From: Somniosus microcephalus
Taxonomy: Eukaryota
Length of the DNA: 64,000 bases
Direction of reading: 5' to 3'
Assembly (NCBI GenBank): GCA_052327205.1
Contig: CM126203.1
Span: forward strand, 341,620,001 to 341,684,000
The notes under the pieces are model-generated. The model had not been told where the DNA came from. It ran no database searches and saw only the letters and a list, made by a program, of their open reading frames with translations. Position numbers and translations under genes: made by a program. Below are positions 36,306 through 48,000 of this stretch, in pieces (the first letter of the stretch is position 1; the number at the start of each line of letters is the position of its first letter).

Positions 36306-37548
36306 CACATAAGTACCACACATTATGGGCTTCTGGTATCTTTCCCTCCCACCTCCACCTCCCACCCCACCATGATGAACCAAACTGTTTTCTTTAAAAA
36401 ATTTAATAAAATCAAATAAAATTACTGACTGGTTTACCCCTTAAGTATAATTTTCGGCCTATTGCACTTCAGGACAGAATCTCTGCTGAAACTAAACTCT
36501 TTTTGACTTTTACACTACACTGCCCTCTCACGGCTCAAGAGAAGATTTGAGGATCAATCCAGGCTTTAAAACTCTTAGCAATGAGGACCAACTGATGGAA
36601 TTGTTCTCACTTAAGAGAAGACTGAGAGAGCACGTGATCCAAGTTTGAAGATGATGTAGACTGAGAGCTCAAGATTGCTAAATTTAATGTATCGCACTAA
36701 TGGAGATGCTATTTGCAGATTATTACTGGTCAGGAATGTATAACATTGACTGCAATTTTAGAGTAATATTCTGGAGTTCCTTCTCATCAATTGAATTTGG
36801 GGGCCAGAGAGGCATTATTGGAGTGTTTTATCTTTTGGAAGTTTTGTCTATATCTATTCATCTCCTTGAGGCCATTATCTAATAAGATTATACACCGATT
36901 GCTGGAGGGTGCAGCCTTAATGGGCTACATGGCCTTTCCTTGTTCCATACTTTTTATGTTCTTAAGTATATATCTGAACTACTTAGTAATCAGGTCATTG
37001 CTTCTATGGTAGAATATGAAAGCTGCTGTTTTAAATAGACTGGATGATGAGGGCTGCATGAAATGATTGAGATCTGCTGCAGAAAAAATGTTATCTTTAT
37101 TGGCCTTAGACAAATAATTGGATTCAAATCACTTGCTTTCCTGCAACACACATTCGATGGAAAAACCTGCCCCTATAATTATAACTGAAGCCAATCTCCA
37201 TTAGCAACAATTCTTAAGGTCAACATTTTCAAAGTCTCTTCCTATGTACAGAAAAACAGGATATTACTGTGAAAAACACATTTTGATGATATTGAAAGCT
37301 TTGTCCCGGTAACACTCCCCAGGCAGTTCCATGTATTTATTATCCTCTGTGTAAAGCAACTAAAGGTAAACTATCTATTCACCTTTCTTCTTTAGAACTT
37401 GTCCTCTTGTTGTGTAAATTGTGGTTCCGCCAGACATATTAGGATTTGTTTAACCTCTGCTCCTTAAGATCTTGAATACCTCAGTAAAACCTCTTTTCGG
37501 ACAGTTTCTCTCCCCTCCCCTCACAGCTCAGCTTTCCAATCCAAGGTA

Positions 37549-37903
37549 CAGGAAACTCTCTTTTAACCGGCACCCAAATAACCGGAAATCTCTCTTAACT
37601 GGCAAAATTCAGGAGTAGGTTCAGGTAAGTTTTACTATATATTTGTGGCTGTGTAACCGGGGTTCCTGGATCTGTGGCTGTGTAACTGGGGTTCCTGTAC
37701 CTGTGGCCGTGCAACAGGGACTCCTGGATCTGTGGCCGTGTAACCGGGACTCCTGCACAAGTGCCGTGTAACCGGGGCTCCTGCACCTGTGGCCGTGTAC
37801 GGGGCTCTCATACCTTTTAACTATACCTCTCTGTAATCCGGACTTTTTGATCAACTGGCACCACGCCGGTCCCATCGGTGCCGGATAAAAAAAGAGTTTC
37901 CTG
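37549..37903. mobile_element. Tc1/mariner (Tigger-like) MITE containing a 29-bp minisatellite
   Basis: TA-flanked; TIR CAGGAAACTCT..TTT(A/T)A.CCGGCA; about 5.5 copies of TGTGGC(T/C)GTGTAACCGGGG.TCCTG..C at 37644-37807. Confidence 0.8.
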
Positions 37904-38314
37904 TACTCATTTAGCTGCCTTTCACTGTACCCTCTCCAGTGCCAAGATGCACACACTCTAGTATAGTGACTTTTATTATACGCAGTACACCAGGTGGAGC
38001 TGGACCAGCTCTTTACACGGGTTCATTATCACTTCCTGGGATTATGCTTTATTCCTTTGGCTATAGGGTCACGTTTGCTTTCTTTACTGCTCAATACTTC
38101 AGTTAGTTATCCGTGAGTTGTCCTAATCAGTCTTTTGCATCTTTCAGACTATTATTGTTCTTTTCATATTCTCCCTGCTTATTCCCCTTCCCAGTCTCCT
38201 CACGTTGCATTGATCAACATTAAATGACATCTACCACGTGTCAGCCCAAGTTGCTAATCTTTCCAAATCCGTCTTTCTTTGTTATTCAGCTCCCCGCCCC
38301 ATCCAGTTTGGTAT

Positions 38315-41300
38315 TGTGATGAAATATTCATCATCATCACTGCCTGTGACTGAGATCAGTTTCAGTGCCATTTCCCTTCCCCCAGACCTCATTGTATTGT
38401 GTACTGGAATGTGCTGTATTGTATACTGGAATGTGCTGGAATGTGCTGTGTGTAGGGCTCCGCCCATACCTGGCCCCGTTTGTAGGCTGGCTCAGTCTGG
38501 CCTCAGCCTCCAGAAGGAAGACATCTCTCTCGCTTACGTGTTATGTTCTAAGTTAATAAAAGCCTTGTTTTGTTCTGCTAACTTCGAGACTCGGAATTAT
38601 TGAGGCACATCAATTTTATTAACTTATTTTTCAACACTATGGATCAACTCCTGAAACCCGAACGTTTGGATTTGGATCAACATGCTCCGGACGCATCAGC
38701 ACGCTTCGGACACTGGTTTGAGTGTATGGAATTCTTCCTGGACAATTCCGCAGCTGTCAAAGACGCTACGGACGCTGCGAGGATGAGACTCGGAATTCTG
38801 CGGAATTGGGTAAGCCACCGGGTTTACCCCCTCATCCAAGACGCCGAGACGTACCTGGCCGCCTGCGACATCTTAAAGGCGCATTACCAGCAGCCTACGA
38901 ATGAGGTGTATGCTAGGCACCTGCTCGCTACCCGCGCACAGCGACCTGGGGAATCGGTGGAGGAGTTCCTAAGCACCCTGAAAATGCTTGGCAAAGACTG
39001 CAAGTGCCGAGATGTAAAAGCCGCAGTGTACACTGACGAGCTTGTTCGCGATGCCTTCATCACAGGGCTCAGCTCCACTTACATCCGGCAAAGACTGCTG
39101 GAAAAAACGGGGTTGGACCTGAAACAGGCTGCGGACACCGCGCGATCCCTGGATGTGGCCCAGAGAAACTCGGACGCCTACTCTTCAGCCCGCGCCATCC
39201 ACGCCGCCACGTGTGCACCGAGGGCGCCGCCATCTTGGAAGGCATCTTCCCCGCCTGACAGCCCGACACTGGCTGGGCCCCGCTCTCCCCCCAGAAGCCC
39301 TACGACAGCCGCGACGTGTCAGGGACCCAACTGCTACTTCTGCGGGCAGCCAAAGCACACCAGAAACCTGTGCCCGGCGAAAGGCACCACCTGCTTTAAG
39401 TGCGGTAATTAGGGGCACTTCGGGAAGGTGTGCAGAGGGAACTCCGCCGGAAAACCAACCGCCGGAAAACCCGCCACCGCCGCGTGTGCGCCGTGGGAGC
39501 GGCCATCTTGGACGCCATCTTGCCCGACCTCGTGGGGTCCGCCATCTTGTGAGCAGACAGCGTGGACGCCATCTTGTATCGATCAGGGCCCTACAGTGGC
39601 ATCGGTCACAGTGGACCAGACCAGGCCGCACCCGCTATCCAGATCAATGGTGGACATCGAGGTAAACGGGTGCCGGGTTAAATGCTTAATTGACAGTGGA
39701 AGCACGGAGAGCTTTATCCACCCAGAACTGGCACAACAACTCTCCCTAAAGGTGGTCCCTACTCAGGGTACCATCTCTATGGCTGACAAAACCCAGACAT
39801 CGACCATTCTGGGTTACTGCACGGTACAATTGTGCGTTAACGGAACTGTATATGATAATTTTAAAGTATTAATCATGAAGAACCTATGTGCGAGCGTGAT
39901 CTTGGGCCTGGATTTCCAGTGCAACCACCAAAGCATCACGCTCAAGTACGGTGGGTCCCAGCCGCCCCTCACAGTGTGCGGTCTGGCTACCCTGAAGGTA
40001 AAGCCGCCTTCGCTATTCGCGAACCTTACCCCTAACTGCCGGCCAATAGCGACCAAAAGCAGGAGGTACAGCTGGGAGGACAGGCGGTTTATTGCGACCG
40101 AGGTAGACAGGCTCCTGAAAGAGCGCATTATTGAACGCAGCAACAGCCCGTGGCGTGCCCAAGTGGTAGTGGTAAGGGGTAGCGAGAAGAGACGGATGGT
40201 GATCGACTATAGTCAAATGATCAACAGGTACACCCTACTAGACGCCTACCCACTACCCCGCATATCAGAAATGGTGAACCAAATCGCCCAATACCGGGTG
40301 TTCTCCACCATCGACCTCAAGTCAGCGTACCACCAGCTCCCTATCAGACCAGAGGACCGCCCGTACACCGCCTTCGAGGCGAACGGACGCCTCTACCAAT
40401 TCCTCAGAGTCCCCTTTGGGGTGACGAATGGGGTCTCGGTCTTCCAGAGGGAGATGGACCTCATGGTCGATGACCACCACTTGCAGGCAACCTTCCCCTA
40501 CCTCGACAACGTCACCATCTGCGGCCACAATCAGCAGGATCACGACTCGAACCTCGAGAGGTTCCTGGAAACCGCACAAAAACTCAACCTCACCTACAAC
40601 GAGGACAAGTGCGTTTACAACACCACGCGCCTCTGCATACTAGGCAGCGTGGTGGAGAATGGGGAAATCGGACCAGACCCCGACCGATTGCGCCCCCTAC
40701 GGGAGCTGCCCCTGCCCAACACTCCCAAAGCCCCGAAAAGGTGCCTGGGGTTATTTTCTTATTATTCCCAATGGGTCCCCAACTACTCCGACAAAGCCCG
40801 CCCCCTCTTGAAAGCATCCTCTTTCCCGCTCTCTGCTGAGGCCCACGCCGCCTTCAAAAGCATTAAGCAGGATATTGAGCGGGCCACGCTACAGGCAGTG
40901 GACGAGAACACTCCATTTCAAGTGGAAAGTGATGCGTCTGACTTTGCCTTGGCGGCCACCCTCAACCAGGCGGGGCGGCCCGTAGCTTTCTTCTCGAGGA
41001 CCCTCCAAGGGCCCGAGATCAGACACTCCTCCGTGGAAAAGGAGGCCCAAGCCATCGTGGAGGCAGTGCGCCACTGGCGCCACTACCTAGCCGGCAAACG
41101 CTTCACCCTACTTACTGACCAGCGGTCGGTAGCGTTTATGTTCAATAATAAACAGAGGGGGAAGATTAAAAATGATAAGATTCTTAGGTGGCGGATCGAG
41201 CTCTCCACCTTCGAGTACGACATCATTTACCGGCCAGGGGCCCTTAACGAATCCCCTGACGCCCTCTCACGAGGGATGTGTGCCAGCGCCACCGGGGATC

Positions 41301-42720
41301 GGCTACAGACCCTCCACAACAACCTCTGCCACCCAGGGGTCACGCGGCTGTTCCACTTCATAAAGTCCCGTAACTTACCCTACTTGATTGAGGAAGTTCG
41401 GTCCCTGACCAGGAACTGCCGCACTTGCGCTGAGTGCAAGCCTCAGTTCTACCGCCCAGATAGAGCCCACTTAATCAAAGCTACACGGCCCTTTGAGCGG
41501 CTCAGCTTAGATTTCAAGGGCCCCCTCCCGTCCGTCGACCGCAATGTTTACTTCCTGAACATTGTGGACGAATACTCCCGGTTCCCATTCGCCTTCCCCT
41601 GCCCAGACATGACCAGCGCCACGGTCATTAAATGCCTCAACAGCCTGTTCTGCCTGTTCAGTATGCCGAGCTACATCCATACGGATAGGGGGGCGTCCTT
41701 CATGAGTGAAGAGCTACGCCAGTACATGCTGTCCAGGGGGATCGCCACGAGCCGTACCACCAGCTACAACCCCCGGGGTAACGGCCAAGTGGAACGAGAG
41801 AACGGGACAGTATGGAAAGCAGTCACTCTAGCTCTAAGGACCAAGGGCCTCCCTATCTCCCGCTGGCAGGAAGTCCTCTCGGATGTGCTCCATTCGATAC
41901 GGTCGCTATTGTGTACGGCCACTAATACCACGCCCCATGAACGAATGTTTGTCTTCCCCCGGAAATCCACCTCAGGCGTATCCATGCCGTCATGGCTCTC
42001 CACCCCAGGTCCGGTACTCGTGCGAAGGCATGTGAGGGGCCACAAGATGGACCCTCTCGTGGAGCCAGTACACCTACTCCACGCCAACCCCCAATACGCA
42101 TATGTCCGGCACGCCGACGGAAGGGAGGACACCGTGTCCATAAAAGACGTCGCCCCAGCCGGCATCGACAACAACCACGGCAATAGCGGCAACGACGATC
42201 ACAGCAACTCTTACCCACCCATTACTTTTTCATCACCCCCGGAAGAACACCGACCAACGGCACCCCCACCAACTACCCTTTCAACAACCCTGGCGGCACC
42301 CCCGGCAGAGACCCAGGAGGCTACCGGGGACACCCAGCCGACACCCGCGGCACCGCAACAGCCACGTCGGTCGCAGAGGACTATCAAACCCCCGAACAGA
42401 CTAAATCTATAGAAGGGGTGAATGTGATGAAATATTCATCATCATCACTGCCTGTGACTGAGATCGGTTTCAGTGCCATTTCCCTTCCCCCAGACCTCAT
42501 TGTATTGTGTACTGGAATGTGCTGTATTGTATACTGGAATGTGCTGGAATGTGCTGTGTGTAGGGCTCCGCCCATACCTGGCCCCGTTTGTAGGCTGGCT
42601 CAGTCTGGCCTCAGCCTCCAGAAGGAAGACATCTCTCTCGCTTACGTGTTACGTTCTAAGTTAACAAAAGCCTTGTTTTGTTCTGCTAACTTCGAGACTC
42701 GGAATTATTGAGGCACATCA
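38315..42720 (+). mobile_element. Ty3/Gypsy LTR retrotransposon D (same lineage as B; no tRNA PBS)
   Basis: 298-bp LTRs 38315-38612 and 42423-42720 with 3 substitutions. TSD GGTAT. PPT AGAAGGGGTGAA. Confidence 0.98.
38639..42412 (+). pseudogene. gag-pol: Gypsy D single-frame gag-pol with one nonsense codon (39410-39412)
   Basis: ORFs 38600-39412 and 39428-42412 are in frame; the stop lies inside the knuckle CFKCGN*GHFGKVC. LIDSGS, YLDN, ESDASD and integrase DDE motifs are intact. Confidence 0.95.
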
Positions 42721-43108
42721 GGTATTACTAACAAACAGCTTTGTTTCCGTTGCCACTTCCCAATCATTTATATATATTGGGCTGAATTTTTACCTTAACT
42801 TTGGATTGGGCGCAGGGGGGCTGTGCAGCGGGTCGCTATCCTGAGCGTTTCATCAGCGCGCTCTGCAGTCTCTTTTTAACTTAAGTACTGCAATTGAGTT
42901 AGTCATGCGGGTTTCCTGGCCAATTAACTGGAGCGGGTATGATGACGTCACAGATGACTCGACTTCAGCTCACCTATTTAAAGGGGCAGTGGACAGGTGA
43001 GAGTTGAAGGTTGTTGGAGGCGGTCCAGAGGTTGGTCTGAGAGTTAGCTGTTGCTGTGAGATGGACCAATTAGTTTGACTGTGAAGGTTTAACCATTTCT
43101 AAGCAAAG

Positions 43109-44888
43109 ATGCAGGCTCACCGCCAATAAGGCTGCACCCAAATATACTGATTCCTCCCTGGAAATCCTGCTCCAGGGAGTTCGAGCCCACAAGGAGGTCC
43201 TCTTCCCTGGTGACGGGAGGAAGAGGCCAGCAGCTGAAACAAAGAGGGCATGGCTGGAGATCGTCGAGGAAGTGAGCAGCGGGACTGCTGTCAGCTGCTC
43301 CTGGATCCAGTGCAGGCAGGATAGGTGAGTGCAATGCCACATTCAACTACATCCTGATGTGTGTGTCACCCCAACCCCATCACTATACCTTCCCACGCCT
43401 ACTCCTGCACGTCACTCCTCACACCAACCTACCTTGCAAGGTGCACCCATCCTTCTCTGTCTATGCACCTACTCACATCCACCACTGATACTCACCCTCA
43501 TCCTAATGCAATCATAGAATCATAGAAATTAACGCCACAGAAGGCCGCCATTTGGCAATGTCACGCCACTCCCTCATAGGCACCCTCTACAGGTGTAGCC
43601 CATCCATTCCTTATAATCATTCCATCACTCTCACTGAAAGTTCCCTTGTTTCCCTCCTTGCAGGAGAAGAGAGCCCACAACAACAGGGAGAGGCTCAGAA
43701 ACGGAGGTGGACCTCCAATCACCACTGCATTGATGCCAGAGGAGGAGGTGCTCAACATAAGCAGAGTTGCGGAGCTGCTGACAGTGGAAGACGGAGAGAG
43801 GGATCCTCCCAGCAACCTGGTGACAGAACTACCGATCGTAGAGCCACATGGCATACAACAGTCACTCACAGTGACATGTCAGCAGCCAGTGAAATATGGC
43901 CATGCGCATAATGGTAACTTACAACATTCTTATCATAAGAGTTCTAATTCATGTCTTTAGTCTCCCGCAGGTCCATCAAGGGCCCCCACCACGGTCCAGC
44001 CAGAGGAGGAAGGCAATTCCTCAGAGGAAGCTGCAGTCTCTGAGGGTGCAGCATCACCAGACCCATGCGCACCCAGCCCCAGCACAGATGCGCACACGTC
44101 AGTGGGTCCTGTGAGAGATAGAGTAGTGTTGTCACCTGGTGTCTCATGGCTCACAAGTGAGCAAGAGCAGATGGTGGAGACAGGGACAGCAGTGGAGAGT
44201 CCTCGCTGGAGGGCACAGGGGCCGTCGACAAAGAGGATGATCTTGGAGGAGCAGCAACAAATGCGCGAGGATCTGGCAGCTTTCCCAGCCGCGATGTGTG
44301 CAACTGTGCAGAGAATGGAGGAGTCCATCTCCAACATGAGCAGCACCATGTCACAGGCAATGGTGACGATGTGCTGTTCCATGGAAAGGATGGCCACCTG
44401 CATGGAGCAGCAAATGTGCCAGTCAAACGAGAACATGCTTGCTGTGAACAACAGCTTGCAGACTCTTACTGCAGTCATATCAAGAGGGATACCAACCTAG
44501 ATTTGGGTGTTCATCGCCCCACTGATGTGCAGCAAGCTGCTCTCTAGCTCCTTGCTAGCAGGGAAATGAGGGTGGCCCATGAGAGGGGTAATGGTGAGAG
44601 GGGACATGGAAGTGGGGGCTCTGATCAAAGCACTCCCACTTGTCCCCCATTGCCTCCCCCTCAGTTAGAGAACCACATCGGATCCCGATGGCCGAGCCTG
44701 CCCCTGCACAGTTGCAGGAGGAGCAGTCTTTGGCGGGGCCCTCACAGGCTCCAAAACCCAGAGGACATCCGCCAAAAGTGTCTAAGCAGTCAGAGCAGGG
44801 AAGTGAGCAGCCTGCCTCTACCTCTGCTGAAGCCATCGGAGGTGCATGTCATAGAAGTGTTAGGAAAAGAAACATGCCACAATTGTAG
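43109..44888 (+). pseudogene. Harbinger Myb/SANT protein gene, three predicted exons (43109-43324, 43664-43819, 43971-44888)
   Basis: AAPKYTDSSLEILLQGV..HKEVLFPGDGRKRP..AWLEIVEEVS..WIQCR; donor GTGAGT; polypyrimidine-CAG acceptors; EKRAHNNRERLRNGGGPP; frameshifted. Confidence 0.75.
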
Positions 44889-45053
44889 ATGCACAAGGGT
44901 ATGCACATGGGTGTGTTTCAACATTTTACACTGTTATGTTTCAGTTGTATTTATGACCCACATAAATTCATGTATTTGCACGACTTTCCCATCTTGTCAA
45001 TTTTTGCCTGCTACCTGGGAAATGGCCTTGTCACTTGAAGTGAATGGTAAGAC

Positions 45054-48000
45054 TGTTGAGATACCGCGGCAAACGTGGGAGTCGAGACCAGAGCTATTGA
45101 AAACACAACTACTTTATTCCAACCACATGACAAACAGGAACGAGAAAAGCCCGCGCGTCCACTTAAATACTTCCCAGACAGGAAGTGCTCCCGGCAGCCT
45201 GTCCCTGCGGGAAACAAGTTGCTGGAGGAAAGGGCCCCCGGCTGGGGGCTTCTGCTTAGACTGTCTGTGCCGCCGTGAGCGGATTATGTCCAGTGGTGGC
45301 GTGTCGCCACAGAGCTCCCCCCAGAATCCGCTTAGGAGGAGTGGACGAGTCGTGACGGTGGTCTAATGGTTCTGCCGCAGCGGCTCTGAGTGGTCACCGG
45401 TCTGGTTGGTTGGGTCGGGCGGTTCGCCACCGGCTGTGCTGGCTTGCCGGGGGGACGGCCTCTAGTTGGAGGCTGGGCCACGGGGACCTGTTCCCCTGGT
45501 TCTGTGTGCGCTGGTTTGAGCCGGTCGATGGAGACTGTCTCGACCCTGTCGCCGAGTCGCAGCTTGAAGACCTTGTCCCCGGTTTGTAGTACCTCATACG
45601 GACCGTCGTACGGGGGTCGCAGGGGCCCGCGGTGCGCGTCGTGTCGCACGAAGACGAAGCGCGCCTGCTGTAAATTTGGCGGGACGTGAGGTGCGAGTTC
45701 GCCGTGTCGGTTGACCGGAAGTGGGGCGAACTGCTGAGCGGAAGAGAAAGAGTCGAGCTGCTGCTGTTCGGCCGACCAAGGCTTGGTAGGCTCCGGAAGG
45801 AATTCGCCTGGGACGCGCAGCGGTTGTCCGTAGACTAACTCCGCTGCCGAGGACTGGAGGTCTTCCTTGACCGCGGTGCGTAGGCCGAGTAGCACCCACG
45901 GTAGGCGGTCAGTCCAGGTACTGTCCTGCAGGCCGGCGCGGAGTGAGGCCTTGCGTGACCTGTGGAAGCGTTCACAAAGTCCGTTGGCCTGCGGGTGGTA
46001 CGCCGTGGTGCGGTGGAGCATCACCCCGAGGTTGCGTGCTGTGGCCGTCCAGAGTTCGGAGGTGAACTGGGCGCCTCTGTCGGAGGTTATGTCGGCCGGT
46101 ACACCGAACCTCGCAACCCAGGTGTTAACGAACGCCCTGGCGATGTGGGCTGTGGTGGTGGAGGTCAGCGGCACTGCCTCAGGCCAGCGTGTGTAGCGGT
46201 CGACCATCGTGAGGAGATAAGTTTGGCCTTGCGATGGCGGCAGGGGACCGACGATGTCGACGTGTACGTGGTCGAAGCGGCGGCTGGGTACCTCGAAGTC
46301 TCCCAGGGGTGCTTTGGTGTGCAGCTGTACCTTAGCCCGTTGGCAGGCGAGGCAGGAGGTGGCCCAAGTCCGAACATCTCTGCTGAGGCCGCGCCAGACG
46401 AAGCGCTTGAAGAGGAGTTTGACGGATGCGCGGGAACCCGGGTGAGAGAGCCCGTGGAGCGCATCGAAGACGCGGCGGCGCCAGGTCTCAGGGACGACCG
46501 GCCTGGGTTGGCCGAGTGAGACGTCGCACGTGACTGCCGTGGCTTCGGGCCCGTGCGCAACCTTGGCTAGGCGTAGCCCTGGCAGGCTGGTAGCCGCCGA
46601 GAGGAGGTCTGGGTCCGTGAGCTGGGCCGCTGCTAGTTGTGCGTAGTCGACCGCGAGGTGATTCGCACAGACGGCGGGACGGGAAAGGCAGTCGGCGACC
46701 ACGTTGTCTCTACCGGAGACGTGCTGAATGTTTTTAGTAAACTCGGAGACGGCCGCGAGCTGGCGTTGCTGCCTAGCGGACCAGGGTTTGGTGTGCTTGG
46801 CCATCGCGTATGTGAGTGGCTTGTGGTCCACATACGCAGTGAAGGGGCGGCCTTCCAGGAGGAACCTGAAATGGCGGACCGACAGGTGGAGTGCGAGAAG
46901 CTCGCGGTCGAAAGTGGAGTATTTGACCTCGGGGGGCGCAGTTGGCGGCTGTAGAAGGCAAGTGGCTGCCACGCGCCATTGACCCACTGCTCGAACACGG
47001 CCCCGACCGCGTGGTCGGAGGCGTCGGTGGTGAGCGCGACCCGGGCATCGGCCCTCGGGTGCGCGAGCAGAGTGGCGTCGGCGAGCGCGTTTTTGGTGGC
47101 GTCGAAGGCGGCTGCTGTGTCAGTGGTCCAGGCTACGTCCATCTTGCCGGATTTTCCTCGGAGGGAGTCGTATAGGGGCTTCATGAGGGCTGCGGCTCTG
47201 GGGATGAACCTGTTGTAGAAGTTCACCATCCCGAGGAACTCCTGGAGGCCCTTGATGGTTGTGGGGCGGGGGAATTGCTGGACGGCCTGCACCTTGTTGG
47301 GCAGGGGGACGGCCCCAGCAGGGGTGATGTGGTGACCGAGAAAATCGATCTCGGTTAGGCCGAATTGGCACTTCGCCGGGCTGAGGATGAGCCCGTGTTG
47401 GGCTAGGCGCCCGAACAGGATGCGAAGGTGTTCGAGGTGTTCCTGTTTGGAGGAGCTGGCCACGAGAATGTCGTCTAGATAGACGAATAGGAAGTTCAGG
47501 TCCCGGAGGACTGAGTCCATAAGGCGCTGGAAAGCCTGTGCTGCATTCTTGAGGCCGAAGGGCATCCTCAGGAACTCGAACAGGCCGAATGGGGTGATGA
47601 CGGCCGTTTTGGGGATGTCCGCGGGGTGTACGCGGACTTGGTGGTAACCGCGCACCAGGTCGACTTTGGAAAAGACGGTTCGTCCGGCCAGTCGGGCCGA
47701 GAAGTCCTGGATGTGTGGCACCGGGTATCGATCGGGGGTGGTGGCGTCGTTGAGGCGGCGGTAGTCCCCGCAAGGGCGCCAGCCTCCGCCGGGCTTGGGG
47801 GCGATGTGGAGGGGCGAGGCCCAAGGGCTGCTGGAGCGGCGGATGATGCCGAGTTGTTCCATGTTGGTGAACTCGGCCCGCGCGATTTCCAGCTTGGCCG
47901 GGTTGAGTCTGCGGGCGTGGGCAGAAACTGGGGGGCCGGTGGTGGGGATATAGTGTTCCACACCGTGCTTGGCAGCTTTGGCCGAAAAGGTCGGGTTAGT

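Noticed and set aside
37644-37807. CRISPR-like array
   Set aside because: The units are contiguous with no unique spacers, the context is eukaryotic and there are no cas genes.
39410-39412. Programmed gag-pol stop-codon readthrough
   Set aside because: The stop is in the middle of a CCHC knuckle and the sister element B has a sense codon there, so a point mutation is simpler.
44566-45366. 266-aa ORF as a novel gene
   Set aside because: It crosses from Harbinger sequence into the antisense CsRn1 LTR; a chance chimeric frame.
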